64,000 bases of DNA from positions 103,970 through 167,969 of the forward strand of contig JAZDJU010000031.1 of the NCBI GenBank assembly GCA_043803685.1. The letters run 5' to 3'. How positions within the stretch are numbered: position 1 is the first letter of the stretch; each line of letters opens with the position of its first letter. The translations under genes were made by a program, and so were the position numbers. The stretch comes from Candidatus Omnitrophota bacterium. GTDB taxonomy: Bacteria > Omnitrophota > Omnitrophia > Omnitrophales > Aquincolibacteriaceae. Below the pieces are notes generated by a model. The model worked only from the letters and a program-made list of their open reading frames with translations. It was not told where the DNA came from and ran no database searches. Of the stretch, positions 57,366 to 64,000 are shown in pieces.

Positions 57366-57663
57366 GGGAGAAGTCTAACACATTGTAAGGTCAGTTGTAA
57401 GGTTTTTTTATATTTAATTGTAAGGTTTTCAATGGCACTCATCTCCGCGGATCAGTACGCCAAGGCACTTCGAAGGAGGCCGTGTCCTTGGCAGTACTCA
57501 TTCCTTTGAATCAGTACGCCAAGGCACTTCTAAGGAGGCCGGGTATTGTGAAACGGGGTGCCTTGCCGCTACAGTATTTTGCCTACCCCTTTTTCGTCTT
57601 TGACCTGATTCCTGGAAAACCCTATCTGCGGTCTAATAGTGACGTTCGAGAAGGAGGAGGCGT

Positions 57664-58101
57664 ATGAGGCAGCTTTCATGGTTGTTGGGTATGTTTTTTC
57701 TTGGAGCCGGCATGTTCTTCACGGAAAACACCGCGAGGGCATTCTCGGAACAAGCGCCATTTATAGCTCCGGATATCGCGATAACAGCCACGGTGTTGAC
57801 GAGCGAGGGTTCGCTCCCCGGTGGTGTTACGCTAGAGGCGAAGACTGACGGTCTTCTCCGCGTCCGGAGCACTCTTTCAGAGATCACGCGGAAGCAGACG
57901 GTTTACGCCCGGCAGGTTCGAGAACTCATCGATAACTCCGGTGAGATCCTCGACTGTGAAACAGTCGATAGAACGTTCTGGTACGACGAGCCAGCGGCAC
58001 TCCCGCGCTCTCCCAGATCACAAAGATCGAACCTGGACGGGCGGCTTCGCGACATCGGACTCGAGCTCCATTTCTCCCGCGCTTTCGCGACCTCGGCCTA
58101 A
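57664..58101 (+). CDS. Hypothetical secreted protein
   Basis: AGGAGG RBS and signal peptide. Confidence 0.65.
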   Translation: MRQLSWLLGMFFLGAGMFFTENTARAFSEQAPFIAPDIAITATVLTSEGSLPGGVTLEAKTDGLLRVRSTLSEITRKQTVYARQVRELIDNSGEILDCETVDRTFWYDEPAALPRSPRSQRSNLDGRLRDIGLELHFSRAFATSA

Positions 58102-58375
58102 GTTCCCGAGACCTCTTTTCTGATCCTCAGCTTCGATCGAATAGTACCGGATACCTTTCTGCACACCCCGGGTGTGGAAATGGGGCGGCCCTCGTCACCT
58201 TGGGAGGAAAATCAAGGGACGAGGGCCGGAAAACCAGCCCTGGAGGAACGGGCGCTCGTGTAGCCCGTCCCTCCGTAAGGCCGGGGAGGAACTTTTACTT
58301 ATCACTGTTTCTGATTCGATTTTAGGGGTTAACAGTACTGTACCGCATACCCCTGATTTTCAATGTGATTCGGTA

Positions 58376-59734
58376 CTAGCCAAACAGATAGATCAGCTGA
58401 CCGCCAAGCGTGTTCTGACTGTGGCGACCGGTGTTGAACACACCCGAGTTCGCGCTATCGATACGGTACTCCCCGCGCGCGATCACATTCTCGTACGGCT
58501 TATATTCGAGCGTGAGCGTATTGCCGAAATCATTCTTCGTGGCGCTCAGGCCCGTCGCGCTATTGGTCCAGTTGCGATACCGCTGGGCATCATCGAACCA
58601 TTCCATGCGATAAGCCGCGGCCCACTTGTCCGTGAACTTGTATTTGACGTAACCCGCCAGGTCATACCAAGTAGCACGGTGATCCAGAAAACCGTCCGAA
58701 TTGAGCTGGAACCGGTTCTGGTTGCCGTAGTCGAATTCTCCGGTGAACGACAATTTGTCCGTCGCGTCCCAGCTGGCCACGTTCGTGATGAGGAAACGTT
58801 TGCGGCCGTTGGGGCCATCGACCTGCGCCGCGTTCGTGAGCTCGGGCCCGAAATAGGTGGCCGTGGTCCACTTGGTGTTCTTGATCGGGCTGAAGCTGAA
58901 CGCGTTCTCGAGCGTCTTGTAGGTGTTGCCGTCGATATCGTTGTCCCAACCGTTATTGACGCCGTTATAGACGGTCAGAAAACCGTCGAACAGGCTGTAC
59001 TGCGCCCGGAGTCCGGTGTGGGTGAACGGGATCGCGTAGCCGAAACTCACCGAGCGTGAGATGTTCCAGTTGTTGTAGCCCTCGATGACTTCGTTGCCCG
59101 CGAGCGTGACCATACGACCGGCCTTCACATCGACTGATTTCGGAAGGATCTTACTGCATCCCCAGAACGTCAAAGGCATGACGAGCTGGACATAAGCCTG
59201 CTCGAAAGCGAAGGACGTTGAGCCACTGCTCCCGCCGTTGGCGGTGCCGAGGTTGTTCGTTTGAAAGTTGTTGAAAAAATAACGCGTATCGCTTCCCATC
59301 ATCATATCGATCCGGAAACCCGCCCCGCCTTCGGGATTGGCCAATTTCTCAAACCAGAGCTTAGCGCCCGGGACAGAAAAAGTGTCCTTGGATTTGTCCG
59401 AGAGAGAACGGCCGATGTTCGTGCCCTTTCCCGCGTCCAGATTGCCGGTGTACTGCGTTTCCACATAACCGCCCATATGAATATCCTTCATCGCGGTCTG
59501 GAGTACGCCTCCGGTCCCCGCATCAGGCGTAGGCGGAATATAGGTGGTCTGAGCACCCGGAGCCGGTTTCTCCATGGTCATCATCTTGCTGTCCATCGCT
59601 TCGAGCTTGCGGCTCAACGCGTCGATCTGGGCCTTGAGCGCCGCGACCTCACCCTCTTCCGCGAAACCCACGCCCGGGACAAGGAACATCCCGATCAAAC
59701 AAAAACTTAACAATCCCCTCAGTAGTTTCTTCAT
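58376..59734 (-). CDS. Outer-membrane beta-barrel porin (BBP2/DUF1597-like)
   Basis: Signal peptide, coiled coil, EQAYV, NWNISRS..F.YAIPFTHTGLR, C-terminal aromatic residue. Confidence 0.85.
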   Translation of the reverse strand: MKKLLRGLLSFCLIGMFLVPGVGFAEEGEVAALKAQIDALSRKLEAMDSKMMTMEKPAPGAQTTYIPPTPDAGTGGVLQTAMKDIHMGGYVETQYTGNLDAGKGTNIGRSLSDKSKDTFSVPGAKLWFEKLANPEGGAGFRIDMMMGSDTRYFFNNFQTNNLGTANGGSSGSTSFAFEQAYVQLVMPLTFWGCSKILPKSVDVKAGRMVTLAGNEVIEGYNNWNISRSVSFGYAIPFTHTGLRAQYSLFDGFLTVYNGVNNGWDNDIDGNTYKTLENAFSFSPIKNTKWTTATYFGPELTNAAQVDGPNGRKRFLITNVASWDATDKLSFTGEFDYGNQNRFQLNSDGFLDHRATWYDLAGYVKYKFTDKWAAAYRMEWFDDAQRYRNWTNSATGLSATKNDFGNTLTLEYKPYENVIARGEYRIDSANSGVFNTGRHSQNTLGGQLIYLFG

Positions 59735-59773
59735 TGTTTTTTCCTCCTCCTTGGTTTTTAAAACTGCCCCTTT

Positions 59774-60022
59774 TTAAAAAGATCTTAAACTGTAATGCTT
59801 CAGGCGATACCCCAGCATCCGCTCCGTGATGCCGAGGATCTCAGAGGCCAGACGCTGATTCCCCCCGGAACGCACCATGGCCTCCTCGATCATCTGCTTC
59901 TCCAGATCGTGGATCGCGTCCGGTAGCTTCCCCTTCCGGGAAAGTCCCGCGTGATCCACTTTCAAACCATCCGTTTCACCTGAACCTTCGATTTCCATAA
60001 CACACCCTTGCCCTGAGATCAT
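59774..60022 (-). CDS. Stand-alone Fis-type (HTH_8) DNA-binding protein
   Basis: LEKQMIEEAM..SGGNQRLASEILGITERMLGYRL; ATG overlaps the glnK stop (TAATG). Confidence 0.8.
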   Translation of the reverse strand: MISGQGCVMEIEGSGETDGLKVDHAGLSRKGKLPDAIHDLEKQMIEEAMVRSGGNQRLASEILGITERMLGYRLKHYSLRSF

Positions 60023-60363
60023 TATCCGATCGCGGCGATCCCTGTCTCGCCGGTCCTGATCCGGATGCATTGAGCCAGTTCGGTCACGAAGATCTTTCCG
60101 TCGCCGATCTTGCCGCTCTTGGCCCCCTTAACGATCGCCTTGATAGTCGTGTCGACAAAATTATCGTTCACGGCGATATCCAGGCGAACCTTTTTCAAGA
60201 GGTTGATCTTGTGTTTCACACCACGATAAGTCTCCTCGTAGCCGGCCTGCTGTCCGCAGCCCAGCGCGTTGGAGACGCTCATCCTGTAGATCTCGGCCTT
60301 TTGAAGCGCTTCTTTGACCGCCGGTAACCGGTACGGCTGTATGAACGCTGTAACAAGTTTCAT
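60022..60363 (-). CDS. glnK: P-II nitrogen regulator
   Basis: [40 protein letters not shown]. Confidence 0.93.
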   Translation of the reverse strand: MKLVTAFIQPYRLPAVKEALQKAEIYRMSVSNALGCGQQAGYEETYRGVKHKINLLKKVRLDIAVNDNFVDTTIKAIVKGAKSGKIGDGKIFVTELAQCIRIRTGETGIAAIG

Positions 60364-60389
60364 GGTCTTACCCTCCTTTCAAAGGTTGA

Positions 60390-61763
60390 TCACTCCGTTG
60401 TGAAAATTTGGAAACCAGCATAGCCTTCCATGCCGTGTTCATCAATATCAAGCCCCTTGAGCTGTTCTTCATCGCTCACGCGGAGCCCGGTGGTCACCTT
60501 GCAGATCGAAAAACAGATGGTCGCACCGACCGCGGTCCAAAGGGCCACTGCGGCAACGCCGGTCAGCTGGGTGATAAACAGTTGCCATCCCCCGCCGAAG
60601 AAAAGACCATCGCCATGCGAAAGGCCTGCCGCGCCGCCAAACGCTTTTTCGGCAAAGAGACCGACCGCAAGCGTGCCGAACATCCCGTTGACGAGGTGAA
60701 CCGAAACAGCGCCCACAGGATCATCGATCTTAAGGACCCGCTCGATAAAAATGACTGAGTACACGACCAGAACACCCGCGATCAAACCGATGATGATCGC
60801 GCTCAATGGTGACACAGAAGCGCAAGGCGCCGTGATCGCCACAAGACCCGCGAGCGCGCCGTTCAAGGTCATGGAAGTATCCGGCTTCCCAGCGACAATC
60901 CAGATCGTGAACATCGCCGCCACCGCACCTGCAGCCGCCGCGAGATTCGTTGTAACAGCGATCGTGGCAATGCTCAGATTCACACCCGAAGTGGTACTCC
61001 CGGGGTTAAATCCGAACCAGCCAAACCAGAGAATGAATACGCCGAGGGCCGCGAGCGGCATATTGTGCCCGGCAATGACATTAGAACTGCCATCCGGGTT
61101 ATATTTCCCAAGCCGGGGCCCGACCATGATCGCGCCCACCAAACCCGCCATTCCGCCGATGCTATGCACCACAGTTGAACCGGCAAAATCGACCATGCCC
61201 ATTTTGGAGAGCCAGCCGCCGCCCCAGATCCAGTGACCCGCGACGGGGTAAATGATCGCGCTGATAAAAACCGTGTAGATAAGATAAGCGCTGAATTTTG
61301 TACGTTCCGCCATGGCTCCTGAAACGATCGTCGCCGCCGTCGCTGCGAACACGACCTGGAAGAGCCAGTAAGCGTATTGCCAAAGCCCATCCCCAGTTCC
61401 GGGATTCGCTGCGGAGAGAAAAAATCCGGTGGTCCCAAAGAGGCCCATTTTGTCGGCCCCGAACATAACGCCGTATCCGACCGCCCAAAAAGCAAGCGAA
61501 CCGAGACAAAAATCCATCATGTTCTTCATAAGAATGTTGCAGGTGTTCTTCGCTCGCGTCAGGCCTGTCTCGACCAGCGCGAACCCCGCTTGCATGAAGA
61601 ACACCAGAAAGGCCGCGACCAGCGTCCAGATCGTGTTGATGGCCGTCACATTGGACGCCACCGTCGGATCCGCGGCGAACGCCGCCTTTTGCCAAAAATA
61701 CCCCAGGGTCAATAAAGCCCCCAATATGACAAAGGATCTTTTGAACAACTTTTTTGCGAACAT
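60390..61763 (-). CDS. amtB: Ammonium transporter
   Basis: FMQAGF, SGAMAER, DFAGSTVVH, WFGWFGFN, DDPVGAVSVH. Confidence 0.97.
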   Translation of the reverse strand: MFAKKLFKRSFVILGALLTLGYFWQKAAFAADPTVASNVTAINTIWTLVAAFLVFFMQAGFALVETGLTRAKNTCNILMKNMMDFCLGSLAFWAVGYGVMFGADKMGLFGTTGFFLSAANPGTGDGLWQYAYWLFQVVFAATAATIVSGAMAERTKFSAYLIYTVFISAIIYPVAGHWIWGGGWLSKMGMVDFAGSTVVHSIGGMAGLVGAIMVGPRLGKYNPDGSSNVIAGHNMPLAALGVFILWFGWFGFNPGSTTSGVNLSIATIAVTTNLAAAAGAVAAMFTIWIVAGKPDTSMTLNGALAGLVAITAPCASVSPLSAIIIGLIAGVLVVYSVIFIERVLKIDDPVGAVSVHLVNGMFGTLAVGLFAEKAFGGAAGLSHGDGLFFGGGWQLFITQLTGVAAVALWTAVGATICFSICKVTTGLRVSDEEQLKGLDIDEHGMEGYAGFQIFTTE

Positions 61764-61807
61764 AAATGTCCTCCTTTTGATAGTTTTATAGTTCCACTAG
61801 AGGACAA

Positions 61808-61824
61808 TGCATATACCGTGCCAA
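61808..61824 (-). promoter_or_regulatory. Sigma54 (-24/-12) promoter of the amtB operon
   Basis: TTGGCACGGTATATGCA matches TGGCAC-N5-(T/A)TGC. Confidence 0.75.
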
Positions 61825-62160
61825 AGTTCATCCTCCAGCCATATTCAGCAGTCCTAGGGCAGATCCCGAGCGATCCGTCTGGAACCCTACATTTTTGTCA
61901 TATGCCGCACATTTTTGTTCCGGTGAAAGTGAACGGGGGTGAAGTTCAGAACTAGACCTTGAAAGAGGTTAAGGAGGTTGCGGAGGCTTCAGCTGTTTCA
62001 TAAGGACCTCGAAGCGTTTTAGCTATCAACTCATGGCGAGTGTCATTAGCGCCTGCCAGACCGCAGACAGGAAGCAGGCTTTATTCCAAAGTAGACTGGC
62101 ACAATCGTCCACCTAAATCCACAGCGAACTTCTTCGCAAGAATGACCCTGGGATCGGGTG

Positions 62161-63492
62161 TCAGGATAGGTTCTTGAAGGAAACAGGCTGACCGCTGGAT
62201 TCAAGGACAGAGGACCAAAGGCTTCCGTCCGGGTCCACATGCTTGCGGCCGCGTGTGATCAATTTCATCGGGATGTGGACGTCGATGTTATGCACCAGCC
62301 CCACCACGACCTGCGTGCGGCCCGACATGGCGGCATGCACCGCATTTTTCCCGAGCATAAAACAGTAGGCGCTGTCCGCCGCCGTCGCTCCAATCGCCCG
62401 GACGATGTAACTGGGGTCGATGTATTTCAAATTCACTTCGATCTTTCTGGATTGGAAATAGCTGAAGATCTTGTCTCTCAGAAGAAGGCCGATATCCTGA
62501 AATTTCACGTTCCCGGAAGCATCCCGCTCCTCTTTTTTAGAAGGCATATGTTCCTGCCCCGCGCCCTCGGCGACCAGGATCACCGCGTGCCCGCGGCGCT
62601 TGAGCCGGTCCTCGAGAGCCTTCAACAATCCTTTTTCGCCCTCAAAATCAAAAGGGACCTCCGGGATCAGCACAAAGTTGGCGTTACCTGACGCAAGTCC
62701 CGCGAAACACGTGATGAATCCGGAATGACGTCCCATGAGTTTCACGAGACCGATCCCGTTGGGCTGCGATTTCGCCTCGTTATGCGCTATTTCCACAACG
62801 GAGCCCGCGGCAGACATGGCGCTGACAAACCCGAAACTCCGGTCAACATAAAGAATATCGTTATCCACCGTCTTCGGAATACCGACGACGCTCAAGCAGT
62901 AATTCTGCTTCTCCGCCTCTTCCGCCAATTCCATGGCCCCTCGCAGAGTGCCATCCCCTCCGATCACAAAAAGCTGGTTGATCCTTCGCGCTTTGAGATA
63001 ATCCAACATTTCCTTGAAATCTTGCTGGCCGCGCGTCGTGCCGAGGATGGTTCCGCCGGTATGGTTGATGTGATCCACATCCGCGGGACAAAGTCGCACG
63101 GGCTCCAAGCCCGTTTTCTTCACCATGCCCTGATAACCATTCTGAATTCCTAAGATCACTCGGACACCGTAGCGATAATAAAGCGTCATCACCACAGAAC
63201 GGATCACATCATTGATCCCCGGGCAAATACCACCGCACGTCACAATGGCCGCCCGGGTCTTGGCGGGATCGAAAAAGATCTTTTTCCGGGGACCGGCTTT
63301 TTCAAAACAAACGGCCTTGCGACCGGCGTGGACCTTCCCCTCCGCCGAGCCCCTGACGATATCCACAGGGACTTTTTCGGAATCATTCACAAAAATTTTC
63401 CAGCGCCGCCCGGACTCATGCGACTCCAACGGCGAGATCAGCTCACACTCGCCCAATCGCCGGACTTCGAATTCTGAAGACACGTCCACCAT
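62161..63492 (-). CDS. pfkA: ATP-dependent 6-phosphofructokinase
   Basis: TCGGICPG, GGDGT, PKTVDND, MGRHSG, KYIDPSY. Confidence 0.93.
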   Translation of the reverse strand: MVDVSSEFEVRRLGECELISPLESHESGRRWKIFVNDSEKVPVDIVRGSAEGKVHAGRKAVCFEKAGPRKKIFFDPAKTRAAIVTCGGICPGINDVIRSVVMTLYYRYGVRVILGIQNGYQGMVKKTGLEPVRLCPADVDHINHTGGTILGTTRGQQDFKEMLDYLKARRINQLFVIGGDGTLRGAMELAEEAEKQNYCLSVVGIPKTVDNDILYVDRSFGFVSAMSAAGSVVEIAHNEAKSQPNGIGLVKLMGRHSGFITCFAGLASGNANFVLIPEVPFDFEGEKGLLKALEDRLKRRGHAVILVAEGAGQEHMPSKKEERDASGNVKFQDIGLLLRDKIFSYFQSRKIEVNLKYIDPSYIVRAIGATAADSAYCFMLGKNAVHAAMSGRTQVVVGLVHNIDVHIPMKLITRGRKHVDPDGSLWSSVLESSGQPVSFKNLS

Positions 63493-63508
63493 TCACCTCT
63501 TTCACTCG

Positions 63509-63736
63509 CTAATTACAAAGCATCTCTTCAAGATGGATGACCGGCTCACAGATGATCCGGTCGATCTCGCGGCGTGTGACCCCTCTTTTGAGCGCCAGGT
63601 TCCGCCAATAGGCGCACTTTTCATAGGCCTCCTCGCGCAAGGCCTTCCTGAAATAAAGAAGGGAATAGATCTTCCCGTCTTTCTCCTCCCGTTCATTCCC
63701 CCGGATCTTTTCCATCACCATCGTTTTGATCTTCAT
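63509..63736 (-). CDS. Small hypothetical protein
   Basis: GGGAGG RBS; 75 aa directly upstream of pfkA. Confidence 0.6.
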   Translation of the reverse strand: MKIKTMVMEKIRGNEREEKDGKIYSLLYFRKALREEAYEKCAYWRNLALKRGVTRREIDRIICEPVIHLEEMLCN

Positions 63737-63788
63737 TGCGCCCTCCCCTTTGAGATGGCCCCTTTCTCATCTCATCTATCACAAGCAC

Positions 63789-63805
63789 ATCAATATCCGT
63801 GCCAA
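63789..63805 (-). promoter_or_regulatory. Possible sigma54 promoter
   Basis: TTGGCACGGATATTGAT; -12 element imperfect. Confidence 0.5.
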
Positions 63806-63961
63806 GAGACGTTCTTTGAAAGTGTTTGTCACCATGAAGCAGGTTAAGTTTCCCCCTTTGCAAAGATAGTTATGGATGACCGCCTCCCTTAACCGAGGGC
63901 TTTACCTCATAGTGTTCTGATGTAAAATCAGAAACACTAAAACATCAGGGAGGGGTCACCC

Positions 63962-64000
63962 ATGGAGAAGATACAATATCTGGCTCTTGATGTCGATGGT
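63962..64000 (+). CDS. Start of a HAD-family phosphatase (KdsC/Cof-like), truncated by the window end
   Basis: GGGAGG RBS; MEKIQYLALDVDG (DxDG motif). Confidence 0.6.
   Translation, partial: MEKIQYLALDVDG

Noticed and set aside
61930..62150. Possible tRNA or riboswitch between pfkA and the amtB promoter
   Set aside because: Only isolated short hairpins; no cloverleaf or known aptamer consensus.
1..64000. Frequent CGATCG/GCGATCGC (HIP1-like) sites
   Set aside because: Explicable by codon usage (GCG ATC G); enrichment cannot be shown without counting.

Overview
Bacterial chromosome segment, GC-rich, mostly minus-strand. Gene content (TIGR04073 protein, a giant Ig-repeat surface protein, hom-thrC-apgM-lysC-cimA order) suggests a PVC-type organism such as Omnitrophota; this is inference only. 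Core blocks: hom-thrC-apgM-lysC-cimA-valS, msbA with divergent gnnA-like/lpxB, a 2461-aa secreted Ig-repeat protein with a glucanase-like domain, carA-carB-gltB-gltD, kdpD-kdpE plus a KimA-like transporter, a sigma54-type amtB-glnK-HTH-porin operon, and pfkA. Two accessory regions (about 21.5-27.6 kb and 42.5-58.2 kb) carry redox genes, a HEPN-like protein, several TA modules (some disabled), a CCGG-type m5C restriction-modification cluster and ORF6N proteins. No integrase or transposase is visible. The notable signal is non-coding: (1) a same-orientation repeat family (core GACTGTCACCTGTCTT) at gene boundaries, like a cassette array; (2) several families of 7/8-mer mirror-repeat hairpins at operon junctions, two of them in frame inside valS; (3) a 57-nt hairpin inserted into a toxin gene; (4) a 37-bp gene-end duplication bracketing an AbiEii module; (5) two parallel operator-flanked regulator modules; (6) a candidate structured ncRNA of about 310 nt. 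All calls come from reading the sequence; no searches were run.
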